A DNA stretch of 64,000 bases from a virus (lineage: Duplodnaviria; Caudoviricetes), in IMG/VR virus record IMGVR_UViG_3300010052_000216, positions 1 through 64,000 of that record; one strand, 5' to 3'. A model generated the notes under the pieces. The model ran no database searches. It was not told where the DNA came from and worked only from the letters and a program-made list of their open reading frames with translations. Positions 9,285 to 19,200 of this stretch are shown piece by piece. Within the stretch, counting starts at the first letter, position 1; each line of letters opens with the position of its first letter. The position numbers and the translations under genes were made by a program.

Positions 9285-10115
9285 TCAGTTCTTCGGTTGA
9301 GATTGCTGATTCAAGATTTTTAAGAGCGCTTCAAACTGAGCGTCATTGAGGATTAGTTGCTTGCCTGCCGATTTGCGTTGGGCTCGCCAGGCATTGAGTC
9401 CCGCCACGGCCAAAAACGGCACAAACCCGGCCCCCAACATGCTCAACACCAACGTGCTCACCGAGAATCCCGAACTTGTCGAATCAGCGGGCGGGATCTG
9501 CAGCGGCGGCTGATCGAAGGCCGGCAGCGGAATTCGCACGCCATCCCAAGGCGCTTGACCGTGCTGCGTCTCTCGCACGGGTGTTTGTTGCAGCTTAATC
9601 ACGTACTGCTTAATGGCACCGGTGATGTCATTCGCCAGTTCGGTCGGCTTGCCTTTGTAGGGGCTTTGGAACACGACGGTCGTCGGATCGCCGTACTTGC
9701 CGCTGCGCGGCGGCTGCACCAGGATCGTCGGGAATGAGCGGATGTCGAGGTTTTCGAAACGCCAGGCCTGCGACGCATCTTGGTAGTCGTAGTAATTGAA
9801 ATTGGCCCAACTCCGCTCGGGATCTTCAGGGTTGGCCAGCGCACTCAGATTGGCGTTCTTCTGCCAATCTTCCTTGAGCTTGGTGCATGGACCGCAGCCC
9901 TTGATGGTCACCACGGTGATAAACCACTTGTCGGCCTTCGTTTGCGGGGGAGCCAAAGCCTCCATTGCCACGTCCGCCGCACTTTGCTGGATGCCATTGA
10001 CGTGCTGGACCATGTTGCCGCAGCGGAGGACGGCGGCGGTGTCGATTTCGGCGGCGGGGACCGACGCCGAAAAAGCTATCGAGAATACGACTAGAAGTGA
10101 GGGGAGCAATTTCAT
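9285..10115 (-). CDS. Exported thioredoxin-like (CGPC) protein with a C-terminal membrane anchor
   Basis: Signal peptide MKLLPSLLVVFSIAFSA; IKGCGPCTKL and IRSFPTILV; hydrophobic C-terminal segment followed by a basic tail. Confidence 0.65.
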   Translation of the reverse strand: MKLLPSLLVVFSIAFSASVPAAEIDTAAVLRCGNMVQHVNGIQQSAADVAMEALAPPQTKADKWFITVVTIKGCGPCTKLKEDWQKNANLSALANPEDPERSWANFNYYDYQDASQAWRFENLDIRSFPTILVQPPRSGKYGDPTTVVFQSPYKGKPTELANDITGAIKQYVIKLQQTPVRETQHGQAPWDGVRIPLPAFDQPPLQIPPADSTSSGFSVSTLVLSMLGAGFVPFLAVAGLNAWRAQRKSAGKQLILNDAQFEALLKILNQQSQPKN

Positions 10116-10246
10116 GAATCGCGATCCTTGGAGTGAAGAAGGTGCAGAACGAGACACGCGAACGTTAGGAGCAGATTGGTGCCGACCAGGGCCAAGAGGA
10201 TGGTGCGCCACCAAAGGAGTTTTTCGAGGGCGTCGATGATGAACAT
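10112..10246 (-). CDS. 44-aa single-TM membrane peptide (not in the ORF track)
   Basis: MFIIDALEKLLWWRTILLALVGTNLLLTFACLVLHLLHSKDRDS*; starts 3 nt after the upstream stop and its TGA overlaps the next ATG. Confidence 0.6.
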   Translation of the reverse strand: MFIIDALEKLLWWRTILLALVGTNLLLTFACLVLHLLHSKDRDS

Positions 10247-10249
10247 GGC

Positions 10250-10837
10250 TTACCACCAACGCCGATATTGAGGACGTGCCGGATGCGGTGGAGCGCTAAG
10301 AATCACGACCCACGGACCGCTCGCTTCATGCAAGCGGCGGAATTGACTGTCGCTGTAGCTATCGATCTTTTGCGGCGAGTTGTTGTTGCAGACATACCAG
10401 CGGTCGTCACTGGTCACCGCCGTTCCATTCCCGTCCCAGCCAACCAGCGTTTGGAAGTGGGCCGTGCCGCAACCGATCGCCGCGCCGCGCTGATTCTGGA
10501 CAGCCCACCGCATCCAGTCGTAGGTCGTGGAACCCGTGATGTTCCAGGCCTGGATGCCACGTTTGCGGCAGTAGTCAGCGACGCGTCCCGGCCAACTGCC
10601 GCCCCGTTCCCGCGAGCCACACTCGGTGTTCCACAAGAGTGTGGCTGCCTTGCGGTCGTTTTGATCGACACCGCACATGCCGATCGAGCACTGGACGCAC
10701 GAGCCATCGGGATTACGGAACCACTGCCGTGCGGCGGACGGCAGATCGACGGCCAGGCGCGGATCGGGCGGCTCCAGTGCCCCGAGAGCCGTCATCATGA
10801 AGCTAGCGAACAGAAAAATACCGACGAAGGGGCGCAA
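10250..10837 (-). CDS. Exported papain/C39-like cysteine peptidase
   Basis: TTG start with GGAGGA; signal peptide; GSCVQCS (Cys), AHFQTLVGWD (His), WYVCNNN (Asn). Confidence 0.6.
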   Translation of the reverse strand: MRPFVGIFLFASFMMTALGALEPPDPRLAVDLPSAARQWFRNPDGSCVQCSIGMCGVDQNDRKAATLLWNTECGSRERGGSWPGRVADYCRKRGIQAWNITGSTTYDWMRWAVQNQRGAAIGCGTAHFQTLVGWDGNGTAVTSDDRWYVCNNNSPQKIDSYSDSQFRRLHEASGPWVVILSAPPHPARPQYRRWW

Positions 10838-10882
10838 AGAATCCTCCTTATTGAAAGAGAAAGAGAAAAGACTCAGCCATGC

Positions 10883-11212
10883 CTATTGGCTGAGTCGAAT
10901 GCGCACGCTGGTATCACCACTTGCGGCGGCACGGACGACTTTGCCGATGACCTTATTGCCCGCGGAGGTCGTGGTAGCAACATTGGCCGTGTCGTCCCAA
11001 TACAGAATCTGCCCCACCGTAAACGCGACCCCGGTGTTCTTGGTGAAGTCGAACACCCCGCAAACGGCTAGAGAGCCGAGTTCGCCTGCGGCCAGCGCGC
11101 GGCTCACCACACCCACCAGATCGCCTTGGACGACCACATCGCCGGCAGCGAGCGTCCCGCTGGCCGTGTAATCCAGATAACTACCTTCTTGCACGTACGT
11201 TGCTTGCGGCAT
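10883..11212 (-). CDS. DUF2190-family capsid cement/decoration protein
   Basis: 109 aa; YVQEG..LDYTA...GDVVV.G.LVGV...GVFDFTK; directly after the capsid gene; GAGGAG RBS. Confidence 0.8.
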   Translation of the reverse strand: MPQATYVQEGSYLDYTASGTLAAGDVVVQGDLVGVVSRALAAGELGSLAVCGVFDFTKNTGVAFTVGQILYWDDTANVATTTSAGNKVIGKVVRAAASGDTSVRIRLSQ

Positions 11213-11265
11213 CAGCTCGCTCCTCAAAGTTAAAATGAATGAAAAGTTCCGTCTGCCGATACCAC

Positions 11266-13203
11266 TTACACTTCACCCTTGGCCTTTACGCCGCCGCGTG
11301 GGTCTTGCAGCGCCACGCCGAAATCATGAAAACCGCGCATCTTGACACCCAACGTGTTGAAGTCGGCTTCGGCCGTCTCGATGGTGGGTGACTCTTGGCC
11401 ATTGAGGAACGCGACTTCGATCACCGGCAGATCCGTTGGGTTGGCCAACAGATACCAAGCCTTCGACGAGAAACCGGGGTACAACGCATTGGCCAGATAC
11501 TGACTTATTTCCGGACGGTATTTCCCTTGATGGGGGTTGGCGACCGGGAACTTGGCGTTGGCCGTCGTGTCCCGCATTTCCAGGGACTTGTTCAATTGCG
11601 AGCCCATCGCCGAGAGCGCGGTGGGCAGGAGCATGATGGCCGGCAGCAAGCCTACGGGCTTGCCGTCGCTATCCACCTGCTCCAGGAACGTCACTTCCGT
11701 TTTCGTGAGGCCGTCGATCCCGAGGGCCGTGTCGGCCCCGCTGACGTAGTTCTTGTTCCCCACCGAAAAGAACGACCCATTATTCAAGAAGGTCGTCCAG
11801 AAGACGTCATTGATCTTGAGGCCCGAGCCACGACCTAGCTTGCGGGGCACGGTCGTAATGGCACCGAGGTCGTCGTTGATCAGATCGCGCCGATCAATCG
11901 TAAGCACCAAGCCGTAGGTGTCGGCCTTGTTGGAGTATTGCTCGTTCCCCAAGGTGCCGCTCTTGAGTTCACCGCCGGGAGCGACTTGCTCGTACTGATC
12001 CTTGCCGATCAAGCGATAGCTCGTCACGGTTTTAAAGTCACTGACGTTGCGGACGGCGCAGATATTCCGCCAGACGCGTTCGACCGAGAAGAATCCTTCG
12101 AGCAGGTACTTGTTGGCGACGTTCGACAGAATGCCGCCCAAGTCAATCGTCGAGAGCCCCGCTTCGATGGAGTGGCCAAAGGCCGAACGTAAGACTTCGC
12201 GACTGTCCCGGAAATTGCGGCCCGTGTAACCATTGGCCCAGGCCGCTTCGAGAATCAACTCTTGCAAGCCGATGCCACCGCGGAAGCGCCGCGAGGCTAG
12301 CTCCAAAGTTTGGGGTTCGAACGCCGCTTCGACATTGGCAGCTCGGGCGGAAAGCAAGCAGGCGGCTTCCAGCACCGCGCCGTTGACCGTGTTATTGACC
12401 ACGTGCATGGCGGGCGCGGCAGGCCGAGCGCTGCGCAGAACTTCCAGTTCGGTCCGTTGCTCGGTCCAACCGTCGCGAATCGCGCGAGCTTCGATCTCCG
12501 GGTATTGCCCAGCGCAGATCCGCCGCACGGCGTTGATTCGCTCCAGTTCGGCCGCCGCTTGCGCACGGATCTCGGCGACCGTGGCTGCGGGGGTTGCCAC
12601 GTTCTCTTGCTGGAGTGCCAAGTTTTCGAGGCTCTCAGGCTCCTTGTTCGCCGCTACGCTCGCGCTGGTTGCCCCATCCGCACCCAGATCGACGAAGCTA
12701 ATCTCGCCCAAGGTGGATTTACGAACAACGTTCAACGGCCCCGCGTGTTCCTTGCCGTTCACCGTTACTTTTTGTTGGTCCTTCACGAATTCGAATTCCT
12801 CGACGCTTGCGCCCACCGAGGCCTGCCATGGGAACCCGTTCTTGGAACTCGTCACGACTTCTCGCGCGGCAGCTGTGTCGCGCGAGACAATCCCGGCAGC
12901 GATCAGTTGGCCCTGCTCGATGCGAATCGAATCGCTGTGACCGACACCCGACAACGGATCGTGACCAAAACGGATTGGTCGCGCTTGCGACGGAATCGAC
13001 AAGCCAGCCAGATCCAAGATCACGGGGTGCCTCCAACCGGCGACCCGCATCGGACCGCCGGTGTAGGCCGTCATCCGAAAGCGGGGCAACGCGTTGGACG
13101 CGACGTCAGCCGCCGCTTCGAGATCGAACGTCGCGGCTCCCGTCAGTTGCAAATTCGTGGGGGTTTCAGTCGCTGCCGACCGGTTCTTCTGCAAGGTCTT
13201 CAT
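11266..13203 (-). CDS. Prohead protease-major capsid fusion (Mu gpT-like capsid domain)
   Basis: N-terminal FRMTAYTGG..IRFGHD protease-like region; capsid motifs VSDFKT..YRL and TYG..LTIDRRDLINDDLGA. Confidence 0.88.
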   Translation of the reverse strand: MKTLQKNRSAATETPTNLQLTGAATFDLEAAADVASNALPRFRMTAYTGGPMRVAGWRHPVILDLAGLSIPSQARPIRFGHDPLSGVGHSDSIRIEQGQLIAAGIVSRDTAAAREVVTSSKNGFPWQASVGASVEEFEFVKDQQKVTVNGKEHAGPLNVVRKSTLGEISFVDLGADGATSASVAANKEPESLENLALQQENVATPAATVAEIRAQAAAELERINAVRRICAGQYPEIEARAIRDGWTEQRTELEVLRSARPAAPAMHVVNNTVNGAVLEAACLLSARAANVEAAFEPQTLELASRRFRGGIGLQELILEAAWANGYTGRNFRDSREVLRSAFGHSIEAGLSTIDLGGILSNVANKYLLEGFFSVERVWRNICAVRNVSDFKTVTSYRLIGKDQYEQVAPGGELKSGTLGNEQYSNKADTYGLVLTIDRRDLINDDLGAITTVPRKLGRGSGLKINDVFWTTFLNNGSFFSVGNKNYVSGADTALGIDGLTKTEVTFLEQVDSDGKPVGLLPAIMLLPTALSAMGSQLNKSLEMRDTTANAKFPVANPHQGKYRPEISQYLANALYPGFSSKAWYLLANPTDLPVIEVAFLNGQESPTIETAEADFNTLGVKMRGFHDFGVALQDPRGGVKAKGEV

Positions 13204-14614
13204 CCGGAGACTCCGAGGGGGGAGAGGTTTGATTCGTTGGAGTGGCAAGGGAGAGCCCGAGATGCGTCATGAGGGCCAATTCTTTGGCGCGCTGCCGAAG
13301 TTGGGCTTCCCAGTCTTGTCCGCGCCGCGCGTATTCGTCGGCGAGTGTCGTGGTGTGATTGGCAAGGCGCGTCGCTTGAGCATTCGCCTCTTTGGCCGGA
13401 TCGACATGCTCGTGCCCGTCCCAAAACCATTGATGGGTCAGATCACCGATTGGACCAAGACCCACGGGGAGCAAATCGGGGATCAACGCCGCTTCGTCGA
13501 ACCAGGCAGCGAGCAAGCGATCGAGGACCACACAACCCAAGTGCGCTTGTTCCACGCGGATCGCTTTGAAGTAGGTCTGGTGATCCAGTCGACCGGAGGC
13601 GTAGTTGTAACCCGACGAATTGCCAGCAGCGACGTTGAACGGCATGTTCAAGCAGCGGGCGATTTCGTTGAGGATTTCATTTTTAAATTCCTTGTACGTC
13701 GTCGCGGGCTGCTCGGCCTGCATTTGGCTCATCTTCCAGCCACCAGGCATCGTCACGAGCGCTCGTTTTTCAAGTTGAATGGATTCGAACGGTTCGGCGG
13801 CGTCAGCTTCACCGTTTGCCGGCGCGTCGGTGTACAGGATGCCGGCGAAGTCGGCTGCTGTTTCGGCGGCAGCGAGGACGGCTAACGTGAATCGTCGCAG
13901 TTGCGCGAACAGCGGTAGCGCCGGCATGATGTCGGGAATGCCGCGAGCTTGGCCCGGCCGATCGGCACGGAACCAATGCAGGACATTGCTGGCGGGAATG
14001 CGGTCATACTTGCGATTCAAGCCTGATGCCGATTCGCCAGGATGCTTGCGGAGGACGTGATATTCAGTAGGATTCCCCGCTTGATCAAAGACAATTCCAT
14101 CGACTGAGTTTGCACTTTGGAGATTCAAGTCGGGCGTGCAGACCTGATCCGCTTCAACCAGTCGAAGGTCAAGCTGGACTTGAGACTGCACACGTTCGTT
14201 GTTCGTCAAAACGGCGAACGCTTCACCGTCAGTGGCTCGCGCCATCCGCATCGTGCGGAGGATGGCAGCGAGCCCGACGGCTTTCGACCACCGGGAAAAT
14301 TCCTGCTCAATCCTGCGATTCGCCTCGGCGTTGCTCGTGAGCATCTGTAACCGAGGACCGGTGCCAACCACATCGTGGGCCAGCGTCAGCACAATCCCGC
14401 GAGCGTAACTGTTATTAGAAACTTCGTAGCGCGAGCGGTTCCGCAACACGCGGCGAACTTCCGGGCTATTGGCCGAGTTGGCCGACAACCCATCGGCGTT
14501 CGCCCAATGGCGACGGTTGTCTTCGTTCGTGGCCGCCGCATCGTAGCGTGCCCGCACCATTCGGGACGGACGCGAAGATCTGGAGGCAAACAAGTTGGAT
14601 AGCCAGGTGAACAA
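13166..14614 (-). CDS. Lambda-family portal protein
   Basis: LRNRSRYEV.NN.YARG, RPGQARGIP, NYASGRLD and W..VDP.KE motifs. Confidence 0.92.
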   Translation of the reverse strand: MFTWLSNLFASRSSRPSRMVRARYDAAATNEDNRRHWANADGLSANSANSPEVRRVLRNRSRYEVSNNSYARGIVLTLAHDVVGTGPRLQMLTSNAEANRRIEQEFSRWSKAVGLAAILRTMRMARATDGEAFAVLTNNERVQSQVQLDLRLVEADQVCTPDLNLQSANSVDGIVFDQAGNPTEYHVLRKHPGESASGLNRKYDRIPASNVLHWFRADRPGQARGIPDIMPALPLFAQLRRFTLAVLAAAETAADFAGILYTDAPANGEADAAEPFESIQLEKRALVTMPGGWKMSQMQAEQPATTYKEFKNEILNEIARCLNMPFNVAAGNSSGYNYASGRLDHQTYFKAIRVEQAHLGCVVLDRLLAAWFDEAALIPDLLPVGLGPIGDLTHQWFWDGHEHVDPAKEANAQATRLANHTTTLADEYARRGQDWEAQLRQRAKELALMTHLGLSLATPTNQTSPPSESPDEDLAEEPVGSD

Positions 14615-14617
14615 CGG

Positions 14618-14815
14618 TCAATCGGCTCCCGGAGGAACGAATTTGTTGAATGACAAACCGCGACGCTTGGACTTAGCCGCTTGCTTCGAAGCCAGGTACT
14701 TGTCAGCTTCGATTTGGTCGGCCAACTTGTGCTGCTCGACGTTCCCGGCATCGCCGCTAGCCTTCGCTGGGCCTTGGGCGTTTTGGCGGATCGCGTCATC
14801 GAGTTCGTCGGGCAT
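14618..14815 (-). CDS. Small head-completion (gpW-position) protein
   Basis: 65 aa ending 3 nt before the portal start. Confidence 0.6.
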   Translation of the reverse strand: MPDELDDAIRQNAQGPAKASGDAGNVEQHKLADQIEADKYLASKQAAKSKRRGLSFNKFVPPGAD

Positions 14816-15120
14816 CAGAGTGTTCCAAAGCGAGTGCGTGGCTCACATGTTGGAACTACTCCGTGGAATGAAATTTGTCCGGGTAACTTCAAAAAATATT
14901 CGAAATTTTTTAGTGCAGCTGATGCGCAGTGGCACTGGCGTTTTCTATGGCGAGGAGCGGCTTGACGTGCGCCGTGAAACAATTAGGCTAAACGTGTCCA
15001 GTAAGCAACTTAGAAATAACTGAAGCTTTCAAAGCTATTCATGAATAAATCAACAATATAAAATGGATCATCTTTTCCCTTAGATCCTTAGAAGCTTAAC
15101 GCCAGCCATTCACTTATATC

Positions 15121-18100
15121 ATGAAGATACTTCAACGATTCTTTTTACTATGCTGTTTCGTTCTTGCGGTCAGTGGTATAGGAAATGCGCAACAGTTTCT
15201 TTATTGGAAAGGCCTGAACCTGCCGTGGTCTAATCCAGCGGGATGGTCTACCAATGAGACCAGTGGCGGTTCAAGCAGTATAGCTCCAGGCGCGGATCGT
15301 AAGGCCGTATTCAATCAGACTTCCGCAAATGCCAATGCACAGACGATCGTGATTGACTCGCCGACAAGTGCTTTGGGAATTATTGTTTTTAATAGTGGGC
15401 CCACCACATTCGTCGGCAACAACCCAGCAGGGCAGACACTCGATGTGGGGAGTACCGGCTTCACGATGAATGCTGGTGCGGGCCCGGTGATTATTGGGGA
15501 CACGTCAAATCCAGTGTTACTAAATGGCGGCGGTCAATTTAATAACTATTCATCGAATTCATTGGTTATACGGAATAACATTGACCTAATAGCATTGAAT
15601 CTAAGCGGCCCCGGCGGCAGCGCTACAAGTACATTTGTTTTCGAAGGAATTATTTCAGGTGGCTTAGGCAATGGGTCTGGGAATGTGAACATTTCCAATG
15701 GCGCTATCGTTGAGTTCAAAAACACGGCGAATTCTTTTACTGGGATTACCTCGGTCAGTGGCGAGAATTCCGTTTTGATTTACTCAGGTGGCACCGCGAC
15801 GACGACGGCACAATACGGAAATGGCAGTGGAAACATTCCTAAGATCATTCAACTTAACGGCAACGCGACGTTTCGAGTGGTCGAACAAGACCTGAATATC
15901 AACACCGGTTCTGCTGCCAATCCTTCTGCTGGATTAATATTTAAGTTTCAAGGAAGCGGAGGTGTTCTTGATGTTGCCGAAGGAAGAACCTTGACCATCG
16001 ATGAGGGCACTGGATCGTCAGAGACCTATACCGGGTATCCCCTGCAAGGTACTCTCAACACCACAATCACCAAGCGGGGTTTAGGCACTTTAGCGCTCGG
16101 TGGAAGTACGGGCGGGAACTCGAACCTCGACAGTTCCATCGTGATCGCCGAAGGAACATTGCGCATCTCAGGGACCGGATTGATGCTGGGCGCCTCCACT
16201 GCCGGGACGACGATCAAACCTGGAGCGGATTTTGACTTGAACGGCACAACAACGACCTTCGAGCCGTTGACGATCGGTGGATCTGGCAGAAATGGGAACT
16301 CGAACGCGCTCTACAATTCGTCTACCACGGCGGCGACCTGGAACAGCTCGATCACGCTAAACGCCGATACGTCACTTGGGACAACCGTGGGGGCGATGAA
16401 TATCGGAGGGACTATTACCGGAGCTTACAATCTCACAACGCGCAACGATTCCGCACAACTCCTTAAAATCACCAGTCCGATCAATATCACAGGTTTGCTT
16501 AGCAACGCTGGCAGCGGAACGGGTACGACCGAGATTTGGGGCGCACTTAAATCAACAGTGACCAAGGTGGTTCAAGATAGCGCGACATCGACGTTGCGCT
16601 TAATTTCCGCGCAAACTACATACACCAACGGCGTGCAACTCAAGCAGGGTTTGCTGGTTCTTGATGATGCGACGGCGCTGGGAGCTTCAGGCAGCTCTCT
16701 GACCATTGATGGTGGCAGACTCGACATAGGGTCATCCAGCATCACAATGACAGGAACTTACACTCAAACCTGGAATGCGGATCTTTACTTTGTCGGTTCA
16801 CAGAGCTTAACGATGAATGCGGGAGCGATCTCGCTAGGCAATTCCCCGACGGCGATCCGCATTGTGACTGTGCTAAATAATACACTGACCCTCGGAGGTG
16901 ACATCAGCAATGGCACCCATTTGACCACGCCAACCACGGGACTTTTGAAGAATGGCGCTGGATCATTGGTTCTTTCCGGTGGCAACACATTTACTGGAAC
17001 GACCCAAATCGACCAGGGCACGCTCGTCTACCGAACTCAAAGTTCGCTCTACAACAGTGATTCATCAAAGTGGACACCCGCAAATGTCAACGCTGCGAGC
17101 GGAACCACGATCGGCTTTGGCATTACCAGCTTTGGCGAAGCTAACATCGACGCGTTACGCACAAGCGGCATTTTCAAATCCGGCGTGGCGTTGGGCATTG
17201 ATACGTCGCTCGGTAACGGAACTCACTCATTGCAAATTGCAGATACCAGCGCGGGGAGCCTCCCTTTTGTGAAGCTTGGGACTGGTACGCTGACTTTAGG
17301 GCCGAACAATACGTATACAGGCCAAACGCAAATTCGCGCTGGCGTATTGGCCGTGAGCAGCTTGAATCGCATAAGCGGAGGCACTACCGCCAGCGGGTTG
17401 GGCGCTCCAACTACTGTCGCGACTGGCACAGTACGCATGGAAGGGACGGGAACCATGCGTTATCTAGGCACAGGAGAAACGAGCGATCGCAATTTCTCAC
17501 TCAATGCGGCCGGAGCGATTGACCAATCCGGCACGGGAAACCTGCAACTCACCGGAAGCATCATCTCGGAAACCATGAGTTCGACCGGTCTGACTTTACT
17601 GGGTTCTACGGCGGGGACTGGAGAACTGACGCAGCGAATCGACAATTCGAATTTCTCACTAACCAAAACGGGAAGCGGAACATGGACACTTTCCGATAAT
17701 TCAAACAACCTCAGTCGGATCACCGTCAATGCAGGTGTGCTTCGTTTTTCTGGAACGGGGAACACGGTGCAAAACATCACGATGAATGGAGGAACGCTGG
17801 ATTTGGGCAACAGCCCCTTGCTGCTCAAAGCAACAAGCTTTTCCATCGTCCAAGGCTCGGGCAACGCAACGATCAAAGGGGACCTCGTCCTAGGAACTGA
17901 TGCCGGTGATATTGGCTCGTCTACGAGCAACCCCATCACCATCGATGGCGTCATATCCGGGCCATTTGGAATTGATTATTGGAATGCTCAATACGGTACC
18001 ACGGTGCTGGGTGCTGCGAATACTTACAGCGGCCTTTCGAAAATTCAAAACCAAAAAGTTGTCGTAAGCAAAATCGGTAGTTTTGGCAGCGGACCTAGCA

Positions 18101-19038
18101 GCTTAGGAAATCCGAGTACGGCGACCAACGCCAATTTGCAAATCGGCACATCCACTTCCTCGAGTTCTCCTGCGTTAAGCTATGTTGGAACTGGTGAGGT
18201 AACAAGCAGAAATATCGAGGTCGTCGGCGGCACAACGAGTATCACGCTCGATCAATCTGGAACTGGTCTGCTGAAATTTACCGGAGACCTCACTTCGGCC
18301 GTGACAGCAATCAAGACGATCAATCTGACCGGCTCGACCACTGGTACAGCGGAGTTTGCTGGCAGCATCTCGAATAGTTCCACAGGAAGTGTTTTCAGCG
18401 TTAACAAGAGCGGCACAGGAACTTGGATCCTTTCTGGCAGCAATTCCTATACAGGGACCACGACCATCTCGGGTGGAACCTTGATTGTTAACGGGGGGGT
18501 AGTGGGAAATGTAACTATGTCGAGCCTGTCGTCGCTTGGAGGTAGCGGCACGATTGGAGGGAATGTCACTGGCGTTGGCAACGTCTCGCCCGGGAACTCG
18601 ATCGGAACATTGTTCATTGATGGAAACCTTTTTATCACGGGGTTGCATCAATTCGAGATTTCTAAATTGACAACAACCACATTTGCTAATGATCGTATCT
18701 TCGGCATCAACACTTTGACGTACGATGGAATCTTGCAAGTGACACTAGCATCGGATTCACTCTCGCTCGTCGGCGGTGAAAGCTGGGACTTGTATGATTT
18801 CACCACGCGAGCTGGAGTAAGCGTATTCGACAATAACGTGGACTTCGGCAAATTAGGCGGTGGAGGAAGCTTGCCTGCAATCGCGCCAAATTTGTCTTGG
18901 GCATTTAATTATTCAGAAGGAACATTGAGTGTCGTGGCGATTCCTGAACCAACAGCTATTGGTGGCATTATTGGTGTCCTAATCTGCACAGTTGCCATTC
19001 GACGGACAATACGAAGAACGGTAGCCAATTTAGATTGA
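15121..19038 (+). CDS. PEP-CTERM surface protein with autotransporter-associated beta-strand repeats
   Basis: 1305 aa; signal peptide; repeated LTK.G.GTL.L.G.NTYTG.T.I..G.L; C-terminal IPEPT + TM + RR. Confidence 0.9.
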   Translation: MKILQRFFLLCCFVLAVSGIGNAQQFLYWKGLNLPWSNPAGWSTNETSGGSSSIAPGADRKAVFNQTSANANAQTIVIDSPTSALGIIVFNSGPTTFVGNNPAGQTLDVGSTGFTMNAGAGPVIIGDTSNPVLLNGGGQFNNYSSNSLVIRNNIDLIALNLSGPGGSATSTFVFEGIISGGLGNGSGNVNISNGAIVEFKNTANSFTGITSVSGENSVLIYSGGTATTTAQYGNGSGNIPKIIQLNGNATFRVVEQDLNINTGSAANPSAGLIFKFQGSGGVLDVAEGRTLTIDEGTGSSETYTGYPLQGTLNTTITKRGLGTLALGGSTGGNSNLDSSIVIAEGTLRISGTGLMLGASTAGTTIKPGADFDLNGTTTTFEPLTIGGSGRNGNSNALYNSSTTAATWNSSITLNADTSLGTTVGAMNIGGTITGAYNLTTRNDSAQLLKITSPINITGLLSNAGSGTGTTEIWGALKSTVTKVVQDSATSTLRLISAQTTYTNGVQLKQGLLVLDDATALGASGSSLTIDGGRLDIGSSSITMTGTYTQTWNADLYFVGSQSLTMNAGAISLGNSPTAIRIVTVLNNTLTLGGDISNGTHLTTPTTGLLKNGAGSLVLSGGNTFTGTTQIDQGTLVYRTQSSLYNSDSSKWTPANVNAASGTTIGFGITSFGEANIDALRTSGIFKSGVALGIDTSLGNGTHSLQIADTSAGSLPFVKLGTGTLTLGPNNTYTGQTQIRAGVLAVSSLNRISGGTTASGLGAPTTVATGTVRMEGTGTMRYLGTGETSDRNFSLNAAGAIDQSGTGNLQLTGSIISETMSSTGLTLLGSTAGTGELTQRIDNSNFSLTKTGSGTWTLSDNSNNLSRITVNAGVLRFSGTGNTVQNITMNGGTLDLGNSPLLLKATSFSIVQGSGNATIKGDLVLGTDAGDIGSSTSNPITIDGVISGPFGIDYWNAQYGTTVLGAANTYSGLSKIQNQKVVVSKIGSFGSGPSSLGNPSTATNANLQIGTSTSSSSPALSYVGTGEVTSRNIEVVGGTTSITLDQSGTGLLKFTGDLTSAVTAIKTINLTGSTTGTAEFAGSISNSSTGSVFSVNKSGTGTWILSGSNSYTGTTTISGGTLIVNGGVVGNVTMSSLSSLGGSGTIGGNVTGVGNVSPGNSIGTLFIDGNLFITGLHQFEISKLTTTTFANDRIFGINTLTYDGILQVTLASDSLSLVGGESWDLYDFTTRAGVSVFDNNVDFGKLGGGGSLPAIAPNLSWAFNYSEGTLSVVAIPEPTAIGGIIGVLICTVAIRRTIRRTVANLD

Positions 19039-19200
19039 ACATAACTTCAGGTAACTTGAGTAGCACTTACTCCACAAAGTGCGTTAGTTGCCCACCTAGT
19101 TACTGCAGTTTTCTTGCGACGTAAAATTGACTCTGATAAACTCACTTCAACATTCCACAATGGTGGAATTAGGATTACATCATGAACCAGGGGTAGAACG

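Noticed and set aside
2866-13272. Long antisense ORFs (e.g. 2866-3789, 12310-13272, 13094-13885 alternate frame)
   Set aside because: Shadows of GC-rich codon usage in real phage genes; no motifs
19041-19114. Imperfect palindrome AACTTCAGGTAACT...AGTTACTGCAGTT after the adhesin gene (attC-like)
   Set aside because: The right end is GTTTTCT, not GTTRRRY; more simply a terminator or hairpin
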